NCBI RefSeq assembly: GCF_030684315.1
Contig: NC_081391.1
Span: 13,989,342-14,053,341, forward strand
Length of the DNA stretch: 64,000 nt
Source of the DNA: Stegostoma tigrinum
Taxonomy: Eukaryota
Direction of reading: 5' to 3'
Shown: piece by piece, positions 49,063 to 62,436 of the stretch
How positions within the stretch are numbered: position 1 is the stretch's first letter
Layout of the letters: each line of letters begins with the position of its first letter
The notes under the pieces: generated by a model
Seen by the model: the letters and a program-made list of their open reading frames with translations, nothing else
Databases searched by the model: none
Told to the model about the DNA's origin: nothing
Made by a program: the position numbers and the translations under genes

Positions 49063-50770
49063 TGTGGCCTGGAGTACTGTCTGCTTGGTCTGAATGCATT
49101 CCCCACTTCACCCTGGGCAATCTGTCTCCTTTCAGGGGGAAGGAATTTTGTAGCAAAGAATGTAATGGCTGTACCAGCTGAATGGAAATGAATAAAATGA
49201 TATATTGATATTGGTTTTTGTCCATCATTTTGAGACCATTGATACCTTTCTTTGGTCAATCAAGCTTTCCTACTGAAGTTCACCGCCCCCCCCCCCCCCC
49301 CCCACACTGTGGACAGACTCTAGGCCTATGGGAGCCAGTTCAGGTTCAAATCGGGGCCTGTGACCTACCCTTGCAATAGCCATTGACAGTTGGCCCCACT
49401 GACCAGTTCGCATTTAAGTTTTGTCAGTTGTCTGCTGCTCCTCCCAGGGCACCTTGGGGTTTTCTAAATAACTGTCTTGGTTTAACTGCATTGCTCTCTT
49501 TTCCCAGAAGCAATTCAAAGTTTGTCTTCCAAGTGGCTTCATCAGTTTTTTTGCTGTCTTTCCTTCACCCATGGGCTCAGCAACTTTCTCTTCCAACGGC
49601 TTCTCTTCTCGACCCCACCCTGCCTGCCCCCACCACCTAAATAACTGGAAGTCTGCCAGCCCTGAGCTGGGGAAATTCGGCCCAAACTTTCACAACAGTC
49701 ACATTCCAGGGAATCGGCTCCAGATTCTCTGGGGCTACCTGATTGATAGTGGATGGTCTTGATCCCATAAAGACAAGGATTGGTGACCTGGGGCTTGGAT
49801 GATAGCCCACGGTTTAAAAATACTCCCATTTGGTTTATGCTTGCAGCTACAACTGGCTTCTTACTGTTGAAGGGTTTGTATGAAAAGCTGCTGCCTTGGT
49901 TCTTGGAACCTTTCCATGGGCTGAAGGCTCTTTTTTCTTTTGACATGCTTCAATTTGAACAAGTGAGGGAGCAGGGATTTCTGGGGAAGGTGGGGACTGT
50001 CTCCTTCAGACAAGATGCCTGGACATGCTGACATTCCTATACAGCTGTTTCCTTGATCATTCAAGGCGTCAGATCATGGCTGAGGGAGGGGGATGAACAG
50101 AGACAGCCCAGAGTTTGTCTTGAGTTTTGTCGAAGTGCACACGGCAGCCTTAGGAAGAGTGTGGGTCATTGAGGTACTGAATATATTTGTTCCATCACAA
50201 TAATCCTTTTTATTTTGCCCAGTCTCAATCCTTGGTGATAGAATCCCTACTCTCCTGGAAGGGGCCGTTTGACCCACGTAGTATCAACCTTCTGCCCAGC
50301 ATCCTGCTCAGTCACACCACAGTCCTTTGACCCTGTGTTTCCCCTGGCCCCTCTCCCCTCAAACCTGTGCCCTCTAGTTTTGGACTTCCCTACCCTGTCG
50401 CAGCATGCTTTTTATATACAGTCATTCTTGAGTGTGCCAATGGCAAGGCTACATCTCGTGCTCAGCAGCTGGTTATTACAGATGGTCTGGTGTAGCAGAC
50501 TCTGGAATGATGCTGCTGAGGAGGGGCTTCTGGGATTTTAATTCACAGAAAACCCTGAGGCCTACTGTGTATACGAGTCACTCAGCACATTTAGCATCTT
50601 GCTTTTCAAACTGGGATTCATGAGACCCTAAGTCCCAGGGATCACAGCAGATTCAGAACAGATCTAAAGGACATCGGTTGCCTGTATTAGACGATCCAAA
50701 AGCATACTATTCTGTTGCTGCGCAGAAATAGGAAAATGTTCATATCAACCAAATCTGGGCATTTTAGAAA

Positions 50771-52247
50771 GATGAGATTAGCCAATGTTGTTTCCCCTGT
50801 TCAGAGGATCGCAAATGTGGTTCCCCTGTTCAAGAAGGGGAGTAGAGACAACCCTGGTAATTGTAGACCAGTGAGCCTTACCTCAGTTGTTGGTAAAGTG
50901 TTGGAAAAGGTTATAAGGGATAGGATTTATAATCATCTAGAAAAGAATAAATTGATTTTGGGATAGTCAGCACGGTTTTATGAGGGGAAAGTCATGCTCA
51001 TGCCTCACAAACCTTATTGAGTTATTTCAGAAGGTGACTAAACAGGTAGATGAGAGTAAACTGGTTGATGTGGTGTATATGGATTTGAGCAAGGCATTCG
51101 ATAAGCTTCTAAGGTTCCCCACAAGAGGCTATTGTACAAAATGTGGAGGAATGGGATTGTGGAAGAAAGAGCAGTTTGGATCAGAAATTGGCTTGCTGAA
51201 AGAAGACAGAGGGCGGTAGTCGATGGGAAATGTTCATCCTGGAGACCAGTTACTAGTGGTGTACTGCAAGGGTCGGTGTTGGGTCCACTGCTGTTTCTCA
51301 TTTTTAATAGGTGACCTGGATGAGGGCGTAGAAGGATGGGTTAGTAAATTTGCAGACAACACGAAGGTCGGTGGAGTTGTGGATAGTGACGAAGGATGCT
51401 GTAGGTCGCAGAGAGACATAGATAAGCTGCGGAGCTGGGCTGAGAGGTGGCAAATGGAGTTTAATGCAGACGAGTGTGAGGTGATGCACTTTGGTAGGAG
51501 TAACCGGAAGGCAAAGTACAGGGCTAATGGTAAGATTCTTGGTAGTTTAGATGAGCAGAGAGATGTCGGTGTCCATGTACACATATCCTTGAAAGTTGCC
51601 ACCCAGGTTGACAGGGCGGTTAAGAAGGCATACAATGTTTTAGCTTTTATTAATAGAGGGATCGAGTTCCGGAACCAAGAGGTTATGGCGAAGCTGTACA
51701 AAACTCTGGTGCGGCCGCAATTGGAGTATTGTGTACAGTTCTGGTCACCCCATTATAAGAAGGATGTAGAAGCTTTGGAAAGGGTGCAGAGGAGATTTAC
51801 TAGGATGTTGCCTGGTATGGTGGGAAGGTCTTAGGAGGAAATGCTGAGGGACTTGAGGCTGTTTTCATTAGAGGGAAGAAGTTTGCGAGGTGACTTAATT
51901 GAAACATATAAAATAATCAGAGGGTTAGATAGCGTGGATAGGGAGAGCCTTTTTCCTAGGATGGTGACAGCGAGCACGAGGGGGCATAGCTTCAAATGGA
52001 CGGGTGAAAGATATAGGACAGATGTCAGAGATAGTTTCTTTACTTGGAGAGTAGTGAGGGAATGGAACGCTTTGCCTGCAACAGTAGTAGATTCACCAAC
52101 TTTAGGTACATTTAAGTCGTCATTGGACAAGCATATGGACGTACATGGAATAGTGTAGGTTAGATGGGCTTCATATCGGTATGACAGGTCGGCACAACAT
52201 CGAGGGCCGAAGTGCCTGTACTGTGCTGTAATCTTCTATGTTCTATG
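50771..52247 (+). mobile_element. 5'-truncated CR1-type LINE upstream of copy H (same insertion site as in E)
   Basis: ORFs 50715-50966, 51223-51834 and 51841-52158 with CR1 RT motifs, frameshifts and stops. Confidence 0.93.
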
Positions 52248-52430
52248 GCTCCAACAGCAACGTTCAAAAGTTATGACGAATAATCCTTCAGATTAACAAT
52301 CCAACAGAATTCTGCAAATCTGTTATGACTGTGTCTTCACGCACAACCTCAGATAGAAAAGCGAAGGTTTAGAGTATATTTTATTGTCATTTTCTGGCAA
52401 ATACATTTACAGAATGTGCACTTGTACAGG

Positions 52431-52617
52431 AGGTCAAAGCTCATTCAGCAATTCCATCATCGACCAGTTGTCAACTGTGATTCGTTTCTGGATCCAGTTC
52501 CCATCCTGCACTGATTGGACGTGGCAGCTGATCAACTGATCATCAAGAGTGATTGGCCATCACTGATGATGTCATTTCCTGCTTCATAAAAAGAGGGTCT
52601 GCCCCTGGGGTATAAAT
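52431..52617 (+). promoter_or_regulatory. Proximal promoter of copy H
   Basis: DR1 variant AGGTCAAAGCTCA 52431-52443, two gattgg boxes, cagctg, TATAAAT 52611-52617. Confidence 0.72.
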
Positions 52618-52703
52618 AGAGTCCCACGGGAATGATGTTGATTGTTCTTCCTAATTTTGTTATTTTGGTGGTGAGGAGAATAAAAGAAATTTATTGTCAC
52701 AAG

Positions 52704-55700
52704 ATGGCCTCCCAGATCAGTCAGAACTATCACCAGGATTGTGAAGCTGCTGTCAACAAGCAGATTAATGTGGAGCTCACTGCCTCCTATCTCTATCAGT
52801 CTTTGGTGAGTGCTGTCTCTCGGGGTTAAACATATAAATCTGTTCTGTTGAAGTAAATTCTTTGCCTGGCCTCTAGTGAAGCTGACAATCTAGTAGATTG
52901 AGGTTTTGTGGCTCCTACCTAAATATCAGTTCAGGATAGAGGTGGTGTTACTATCACGATGGTGTAGGATACTGATGTATGTTAACTCAGGTCCCAGTTG
53001 GCCTTCAGTGGTATCTGGAGGGTAAAAGCCTCTTGCTTTTGTTTTCTTTCTGACACAAGTTTCCTGACTTCATTTGCCTGATCTCTGTGGTGGTCCTAAA
53101 CAAACATGCTGATTTTTTTTAACACTGACTATAACAATAACTTCCCTGTTGCAGTGGCCCTTGTTAGTCTGAACAAACCTGAAGCTAGTCTGTGACTAGC
53201 ATCTGTTTTAAGTAGATCTCCTTCATTGAGGCTGACTTGGCTTTACTTGTATTTATTGAAGATGTGGGTGTGGCCTATCCCGTCCCTACTGAGAGTTGAT
53301 CTGCTGTGTGTGAGAAATGTTGGATCCCCACTCTGCCCCTTCTCCACCCCACCCCATGCTGGGGCTGCTGGAATGTGCTGAGGCTATTAGCCCAGTGACA
53401 GTGAAGGAATGGAGGTTGTTCCCATATCATTTAGCTTGACCTAAAACAAAATGTCCCCTCTATCCCAGTGGTGATGTGCTTGTGCCCTTCCAAGGAGTAG
53501 ACTGTGCTTGGAAGGTATGTGTTGAAGTAACCTTGGTGAGTGCTGCAGGGGACCTGGTAGGTAATGGACTCTGAAAGGAGGTGGTGAATGCAGTCCCCAT
53601 GAAGTGGGCTGCTCTGTCCTGGATGGTGTCTGCTTCTTGCATGTTGCAGGTCCCCTTCTCCAGACACATGGAGAATATTCATCTCTCTCTGGGCTTGTGC
53701 CTGTTGTGAGGAAGTTGTCTTGTAATGAGGACTAAGTCCCTATAAGCCTCACTTGGGAGGTGGGACAGCTTTATTGGTGATCCAGTGGTTGGGGTTTAAT
53801 CACTGTGTCCCAACTCTGTTGGCACATGCTTCCCAAGGATAAAATCCCGACTATCTTCTGCCATGACGTGTAACTACCCACTTAAACCAGAGATTTTTGC
53901 TTGCCTGACTGTGGTTTTTGGATTTGTGGATTAAAGTAACTTTTCAGGAGTCCTTCCCCAGAATGTAACTCTTAGCTGATGCTTCCAATAGTGACGATTA
54001 GCTCTTAAACCCTTACATCGAATTGTGAACATGACAGTTTAGATATGAGTCACATGGGCTGAAAGCCGACAGGATTTTTTGCCTGTTTGGGTTAAGTCAG
54101 GGCAAGTGCTTTTCCAGGTTACTGTTTTCACTAGTGACGTTATCTACAGGCCACTGATATTTGACATTTGATCATTTGTTTCAGTCATGTGACTTGGTGC
54201 AAGTTTCTGACAGCCTGAGTTTGCACTATTTTTAGGCAGAGCAATAACCCACTGCTGCAACGATCCAAAGGCTGTTACTGGGCAGGCTTTCCTTGGCATT
54301 ATCTTAGTGCTAAACATCATACTGAAGATAGCGTACCCGTGTAGAGTTAATGTGTACACTTATGTCCAAATCTCATTGATCCTGGGTTTGTAGAAAACAT
54401 TCTCCCTACTATTCATTGACTAGAACAAGGTTCAACATCTTTTTTGAAAGTTTACCTGAAAGGCAAAACACAGTGCCTTGTGGCTCCTCCATCCTGTGTA
54501 CATCCTGTACGCCAGCTCCTGGCACTTCCTGAAACCCTGTTCAACCAGTAACTTCATCCAATTCTGTTGGAGATTAATGAATAGAAGCATGAATTCAGCT
54601 CTGTCTCTCCACAAAGGCTGTGCCAGGCACTCCTGAGCTAATCACCAGTAGATTCAAACCAAAATAAAACAGTATTTTTGGTTCCAGGAGGAAGCTGGAC
54701 TGTTGTGATTTTGCCCAGTTGCTGGTGAATTGAACAACACTGGGTTCACAATCTGTTCAGTGTCTGACACATGAGCATGCCTTCTGTCAGTTTGGTTTGA
54801 GTGCTCAAGTAGTCTTGTAGTTGAGAACTGCAATGGGGAGTGAGCCAGTGATGTCTAATGTAACTTGAACTTGTTCTTCCAGATGTCCTACTTTGCCCAA
54901 GACGATGTTGCCCTCCCCCATTTCTCCCAGTTCTTCAAAGATCAGTTCCAGGAGAAGCGGGAACATGCAGAAAAGCTGCTGAAATTCCAGAATCAGCGTG
55001 GCGGCCGAGTCCTCCTCCAGGATGTGAAGGTTGGGGTTGGGTGGTGGGGGAGTGCAGGGTGGAATGGCTGCTCTTGCGGTGTCATCTCCAGTGACAAGAT
55101 TTTCAGATCCTGAGCGAGTGTGGAAAGTTCTTTTGCTTGGCTTCCCTGTTTGCTCTCCTCCATCTCCAGTGTTTCAGCATTTATACAAGCCTGACTTCCA
55201 TCAAACAACCACCTCAGCCTCACCTGCTCAAAGGACAAGGAAAACCCCAGCCTGTCCAATCTCTCTCCTCACAATGGATTTTCTGTCTCGGGGAAACAAC
55301 CTGGGGACCCTCACCAGCACCCCCTGCAGTGCTATCCTGTCCTTCTGACTAGCGAGGCCAAAGATAGAATGCAGCAGAGGCCGGAAGAACAATTTTCATA
55401 AAATGTGTTCAAAGGACTTGTCCCTGTGCTGTTCCTCACAACCCTGCCCCAAACTAACACATGTTACTTGGCCTATGTCCCCTTTCACACACAGTTTGCC
55501 TTGTGTGAGCATTGAGGGATCGATGATCCTGTGTTTATTGTAAGCACATTACTGCCCCCGACAATGAATTCAAGTAATGATGGTTCTGACCATGCCGCTC
55601 GGGCATGTATGAGGCCACAAGCACAAGTGAGACTTGAACATCAGCCTTGTCAACCGGAGCTTGGGACACTACCGCTACTTCCCCCACAGCCCTTGGGATT

Positions 55701-56912
55701 CACTCATGAATATCCTTTTTAAGACTCCAGCAGATGGACACTGGTGCAAATGACTAATCTGGTACATATTTATTCCCTGTGGTACAAGGATATGTTCCTG
55801 AACTTCCGGCTTCAGGTCAAGGATAAATGGGGCAAGGTGAAAGGAGTCACCAAGTAGCTAATGTTTTCTTTATCTGGACTTCAGGGATGGCACAGTGGCT
55901 CAGTGGTTGGCACTGTTGACTCAGTGCCAGGGGTACCAGTTTGGTTCTGGCCCGTGACGAGAGTTTAAACGTTATCCCAAAGCATAGCATCCCCACACAG
56001 TAGAAAAGAAGATTGGCAACTTGAAATGCAGGTTACACGAACAGGGTGGGAATGGGACCAGATGGGATGCTCTTCAGCAGTTATGGTCTCAGTGGGGTGA
56101 ATGGCCTGCTCCCATGCTGCAGGGATTCTGTTTCTGAAGCTTACCTGTCCTTCTCTCCATCCATAGAAGCCAGAGAGGGATGACTGGGGTAACAGCCTGC
56201 AGGCAATTCAGGTTGCCCTGAATCTGGAAAAGAATGTGAACCAGAGTTTGCTGGATCTACACCAACTCGCCACAGCCCAGACTGACCCTCATGTCAGCTT
56301 CACCTCCTCATTCACATCACTGCTAGACCCTCAAGGTAACGTTTCATTGGTTGGTCTGTGTGGATTGGAAATTCACTGAAGTAACACTTTCCATCCATTA
56401 CTTTCCTGAACTATTGTAACATTGATCACTTGGGATCATACTGATTACAATGAGGTATAAGGGGAATTTGATCTATAATCTAGTGGAAGTGCTGAAATGA
56501 CGTTGGCCACTGAGTTCTTCATTAGTATCATTGCAGTGGAATGATCATTGTCCATCACAATCCAACTCAGCTCCATTTCACAAACAGCAAGATGGAGCAG
56601 CTGACATGTTGTCCTCACTGGCACAAATTCTCCAGGTGTTAGCTCGCTTTTCAGGGCTGTCCAGAGCTAGTCATGGCTAAGTCTGTCTTGCAGTGGGAAT
56701 TCTGAAATTGTCGTGGATAGTATAAATGTACCAAGTGTCATATTCCTCTGTTGCAGCTGTGTGACTTCCTGGAGACTCACTATTTGGATGAGGAGGTGGA
56801 GATCATCAAGCAACTTGGGGACTACATCACCAACCTGAAGCGCCTGGGAGCCCCTGAGAATGGGATGGGAGAGTACCTGTTTGACAGGCTCTCCCTGGAG
56901 GACAGCAGTTAG
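52704..56912 (+). CDS. Ferritin copy H, 176 aa (exons 52704-52805, 54883-55029, 56167-56292, 56757-56912)
   Basis: Intact spliced frame, GT-AG introns; TATA 52611-52617; the conserved YFDRDD motif is changed to YFAQDD; AATGAA 57040-57045 plus ATTAAA 57088-57093. Confidence 0.88.
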
Positions 56913-58590
56913 TGTGGCCTGGAGTACTGTCTGCTTGGTCTGAATGTATTCCCTACTTCACCCTGGACAACCTGTCTCCTTCCAGGGAGAAGGGGCTTGT
57001 AGCAAACAATGTAATGGCTGAACCAGCTGAGTGGAAATGAATGAAATGTATTGATGTTGCTTATTGTCCATCATTGAGACCCTTGATATTAAAGAGCTTT
57101 TGAGAGCTTCAAGCCTGTAATTTTGGCTAATGAAATTATTAATTTGACAGAATATTTCCCTGGTCTTCCCTCCAACACCACCCCAGCATCAGTCTCGGAA
57201 TTCCCGTGGAACTTCCTCTAAGTTATGAATCCAAGTTATTCCTCCAGCCAGAACTTGAGGTTGGGGCCTGCGGGGTGTCAAGTCACTTTGTACTATTATC
57301 CCACACCCAGGTATGATGAATACAGGTGCAGCCAAAATTTTCATTGCTTTCGAAAGAGAAAACACCCCTGTTTGGCCGAAAGAAAGGCTTGACACCCACT
57401 TTCACAGAAACAGGGCTGTAGGATGCTTTATGTTCATGTCTAGTTTGCTAAGCAATAGCTTCCCTGTCAACCTCTGTCAACCTCCACCAACCGAGACTGA
57501 TTGCTAAAGTCCACACAAATCACAAGTTGATGCCAATGTAAATTCTGTGCCAGCTGGCTCAGCTTGCCTCAACAAGAGCTTAAGGGAAGAGATCCAGCAG
57601 CGTCCCCTCTCTAGCCTTGTGGAGGAACCAGCAATGCTGGGAGCAATAAAATTAAACTTAGCAACTGGGATCTGACACACCTGGTCTATTCTGTTCAAAT
57701 CAATGTTATTACTTTTTCCTGACAGTGCATCCTAGATTCACTCAGACCCAGTTGAGGTTCAAGCCAAGACCAGCCCTGTGGCCTCCTGATCCCCACCACC
57801 AACTGCCTGCCTCCGGACAGCCATCAGCAGTTACTCACAATGACCAGTTCATTTGTTCCTTCGCCTGAGGAACATGCGCTGCTCTCCCAGGCGATATGGA
57901 TTAAATACCCATTGTAGCTCGACAAGAAAGCTCACACGGGGGGAACCATTTCCCAGGAGTAATCCAAAGCTGTCCTAATGTGGCTTTGCTCCGTTTACTT
58001 CCTTGCTCTCTGCCAAGTCTTGGTCAAAAACCCCACCACGCCTAGTAATAAACTTCAGGCCAGCCAGCCCAGAGATGGGAATATTCAGCACAAGTCTGCT
58101 TGAAAAAATTCACCTGAACTGGATGCACTTAATGGCACCTACAGCAGGATAATAGTGACCTGGGAATAACACAGCAACGCTCCTGGTTAAATGCTGCCAT
58201 TTGATTGGCTCTTGCTGCTCAAGCCAGCATTGAGCGCACTAAGCTGCTCCCTTGGTTCCTCTGAGCTTCCCCCACGGGGAGGGTTACTCCTGATGCAGGT
58301 TGATTTCACCCGATCACATTGAAGGAGCAGTGTGACTCAGGGAGGAGAACTGGAGATGCTGACTTTCCTGAATGGCTGCTTCCTTTATCTTTCGAGGTGT
58401 CAGAGATCGTGGTTTAGGGAGGGGGCTGTCAGAGACATCCTGGGGAATGTTTCAGGGAGCTTTGTAGCGAGTGCACACTGCAGCCTTCACTGAGGTGTGG
58501 GTCTTTAAGGCACTGAATGTATTTGTTCCACCACGTAGAGTTTTATTTTAAACCATCTTGAGTCTTGGGTGTAGAATCCCTGCAGTGCGG

Positions 58591-58670
58591 GAAGAGGTTG
58601 TTCAGCCCATTTAGTTTGCACTGATCCTCTGAAGAGGTTGTTCAGCCCATTTAGTCTGCACTGATCCTCT
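58591..58670 (+). repeat. 40-bp tandem duplication
   Basis: gaagaggttgttcagcccatttagt(t/c)tgcactgatcctct twice; single in the paralogue at about 33101-33140. Confidence 0.85.
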
Positions 58671-58999
58671 GAACAGCATCTTGTTCAGACACACCCTGCC
58701 TTCTTACGCCATCTTTCCCACGGCCAGTCCAAAATAAACTGCATGTCTTTGGACTGTGGGAAGAGGCCCACACAGGCACGGGGAGGATGTGCAGCCTCCA
58801 CACGTGACTGAAATTGACCCCAGGTCCCTGGCACTATGAGGCAGTAATGCTGACCATTAAAATACCCTGCCATCCAAAAGTTACAAAAAACAGGAACACT
58901 CTGTTGCATAGAATTAGAGTGAATGACTCGTTTCTCACGGAAACAGACCCTTCGGTCCTACCTGTCCATGCTGACCAGATTTCCCAACCTGACATAGTC

Positions 59000-59194
59000 C
59001 CAAGATAATAAAATGTGAGGCTGGATGAACACAGCAGGCCAAGCAGCATCTCAGGAGCACAAAATCAGAGACGAAGGGTCTAGGCCCGAAACGTCAGCTT
59101 TTGTGCTCCTGAGATGCTGCTTGACCTGCTGTGTTCATCCAGCCTCACATGTTATTATCTTGGAATTCTCCAGCATCTGCAGTTCCCATTATCA
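59000..59194. mobile_element. Hairpin-forming inverted-repeat insertion (Penelope-like pLTR derived) with a hammerhead-like remnant
   Basis: Inverted arms 59000-59064 and 59099-59163; TSD ctgacatagtccca 58989-59002 and ctgacattgtccca 59195-59208; central gacgaagggtctaggcccgaaacgtc. Confidence 0.78.
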
Positions 59195-59867
59195 CTGACA
59201 TTGTCCCACTTGTCTGCCTTTGGCCCATATCCTTCTAAACCATTCCTTTCCATGCAAATCTCCAAATGTCATTTAAATGTTGTAATTCTAACTACCTCCA
59301 CCACTGTCTCTGACAGCTCGTTCTAACAATGCACACCACCTTCTGTATGAAAATGTTGCCCCTCATGTCCCCATCAAATCTTACCCCTCTCCCCTCAAAC
59401 CGATGCCCTCTAATTTTGGACCCCACCTGACCCTATCACAGCATGCTTTTTATATACAGTCAATCTTGAGTGTGCCAATGGCAAGGCTACATTTAGTGCT
59501 CAGCAACTGTTACACTTCAGGAGATGGTGATGAGCTGCTTATTACAGTCCACCTGGTGTCGGAGAGACCGGAATGATGCTGCTGCTGTTGCTGAGGAGGG
59601 GCTTCTGGGATCTTCACTCACAAACACTGATATTATTCCAAGTCAGGATGGTGATGGATTTACTTGGAGCTGCTTCAGTGTCACTGGGGCGGCATTGAGC
59701 TGGAAAATTGCAAACTACTCCAGCATTATTCCCAACTTCAGTCTTATCGATGGTGAACAGACTCTGGAAAGTCTGAAGTAGAGTTATTCACAACAGAATT
59801 CCCAGACTCTGACTTGGTCTCAAAGCCATGAGCACATGAATTAGGATTGACCTCTGCCCATGGTTTC

Positions 59868-61290
59868 TTAGAAAATAGAACCTAGAACAGTGCAGCACAG
59901 TTCACGCCCTTCAGCCCACGATGTTGTTTCGAACTTTTATCCTAAACCCAAGGACAATCTCACCTCCACTACCTTATATCCATCTGCTTATCTAATAGCC
60001 GCTTAAAATCCCCTAACGAGGCCGACTCCACTGCACTCTCCGGCAATGCATTCCACGCCCCAGCCACTCTCTGAGTAAAGAACCTACCTCTGACATCCAC
60101 CCTATATCTACCTCCACTCACTTCAAAACTATGCCCCCTCATAATAGCTAACTCCATCCTAGGAAAAAGTCTCTGGCTGTCATATCTGCCTATACTTATG
60201 ATCATTTTGTACACCTCTATCAAGTCACCTCTCATCCTTTGTTCTGAAGAGAAAAGCACTCGTTCTCTCAACCTTTCTTCGTAAGACCTTCCCTCCATTC
60301 CAAGCAACATCCTGGTAAATCTCCTCTGCACCTTTTCTAACACTTCCACATCTTTCCTGGAATGAGGTGACCAGAACTGGACACAATACTCCAGATGTGG
60401 CCGAACCAGGCTTTTGTATAGCTGGAGCATAACTTCACAGCTCTTGAAATCAATCCCTCTATGAATGAAAGCTAACACACCACATGCCTTCTTGACAACT
60501 CTATCCACCTGACTGGCAGCTTTCAGGGAACTGTGGACATGAACCCCGAGATCCATCTGCTCCTCCACACTGCCAAGAATCTTTCCGTTAACCCTGTATT
60601 CTGCTTTAAAATTTGTCCTTCCAAAAGGAATCACTTCACGCTTTTCAGGGTTAAACTCTGTCTGCCACTTCTTAGCCCCGCTCGGCATCCTATCAATGTC
60701 CTTTTGTAACCTGGAACAGCCGTCCACACTATCCACAAGTCAAATCACCTTCGTATCTTCCAAAAACTTACTAATCCGCCATTCCACTCCTACATCCAAA
60801 TCATTTACCAAAATCGTAAATAGAAGAGGACCCCGAACAGACCCTTGAGGTACACCACTCGTAACTGAGCGCCATGTTGAATATTTTCAGTCAACTGTCA
60901 CCCATGTCTTCTATGGGTCAGCCAATTCTGAATCCAATCTGTCTCATTTCCCCCGTCACATGCCTCCTGACTTTCTGCATGAGCCTGCCATGGGGAACCT
61001 TATCAAACGCCTTACTTCAATCCATGTATCCCACATTCACTGATCTACCTTCATCCACACGTTTGGTCATCCCTTCAAAGAATTCAATCAGATTTGTGAG
61101 GCATGATGTACGCCTCACAAATCCACACTGGCCATCACAAATCATACTGTGCCTATCCAAGTGATCATTAATTCTGTTTCTTACAGCCCTTCCCATTAAT
61201 TTGCCAACCACTGACATAAGACTAGCTGGCCTGTAATTTCCAGGGTTACCCCATTCCCTTTTTTGAACACATGAATAATATTCAAACTTG
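59868..61290 (-). mobile_element. CR1-type LINE fragment upstream of copy I (paralogue of 33546-34755)
   Basis: ORFs 59969-60736(-) and 61017-61298(-) contain PGNYRPASL, SCLTNLIEFFE and RPHLEYCVQFWSP. Confidence 0.92.
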
Positions 61291-62051
61291 TCATTCAAAG
61301 CTAAAAGATAGCACTAGACTGCATCCTGCTTTTTGAAGCAGATATTGAGTGAAAGTAACTTGCTTCCACCAGTCTGTACATCAGTGCTGTGATCATACTC
61401 GAACGTTCATTGGGGATCCTCAATTCCCAAAGCCTCACAGGCCACCAGTGCATGGGAGGCTGCTCCATTCAACACAGTTGCTGAGCCATACATTCTACAG
61501 AATGTAATGTAAACAGGACCAGCCACTCTCCATTTGGAAACATGCTGGAGTTAAGCTCTCGATCTACTTCAAACAAATAAAAACCAAACTTTGCGATAGA
61601 AAGTTTGCATGTGCTATACATTTCCAGCAGCAATGTAGACAGGGAGGTGTGAGGTCTACTATGCAGGAGAGGCACTCAGCACATTTAGCACCTTGCTTTT
61701 CAAACTGCACTTCATGAACCCAACGTCAAGGAGATCACAGCAGATTCAGAATGGATCCACAAAGGAATGAGCTTCCTGTATGAGGTAACCCAAAAGCACA
61801 TTGTTTCTGTCGATGCACAGCAATAAGAAAATGTTTACTGTTAACAAAATCTGGCCATTTTTCAATGGGCTCCAACGCTGTTATTCAACAAGTACAAAGA
61901 CTAATCCCTCAGAGTAACAAACTGACAGAATTCTGCCAATCTGTGATGAGTGTGTCTTAAGATATAATCTCAGATACAATCGTGAACTTTTAGAGTATAT
62001 TTTATTGTCATTTTCACAGAGAAATATTTCCAGGATTTGCACTTGTGCAGG

Positions 62052-62238
62052 AGGTCAAAGGTCAGTCAGCAATTCCATCATCGACCAGTTGTCAATTCTG
62101 ATCGTTTTCTGGATCCAATTCCCATCCTGCACTGATTGGACGTGGCAGCTGATCAATTGATGAATGAGAGTGATCGGCCATCACTGATGATGTCATTTCC
62201 TGCTCAAGAAAATAAAGGGCTGCTGCTCGAGTATAAAA
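62052..62238 (+). promoter_or_regulatory. Proximal promoter of copy I
   Basis: Perfect DR1 62052-62064, first CCAAT intact and second changed to gatcgg, TATAAAA 62232-62238. Confidence 0.72.
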
Positions 62239-62334
62239 ATTGTCCCAAGAGAGCGATGTTTATGGTGTAGTTGATCATCTTTCTAAGTTTGTTATTTGAT
62301 TTTGGAGGAAAAGGAAATCTATTTTCTTCATAAA

Positions 62335-62436
62335 ATGGCCTCCCAGATCAGTCAGAACTATCACCAGGATTGTGAAGCTGCTGTCAACAAGCAGGTTAAT
62401 GTGGAGCTCACTGCCTCCTATCTCTATCAGTCTTTG
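62335..62436 (+). CDS. Ferritin copy I, exon 1 (gene continues beyond the window)
   Basis: [34 protein letters not shown] followed by gtgagt; TATA 62232-62238. Confidence 0.88.
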
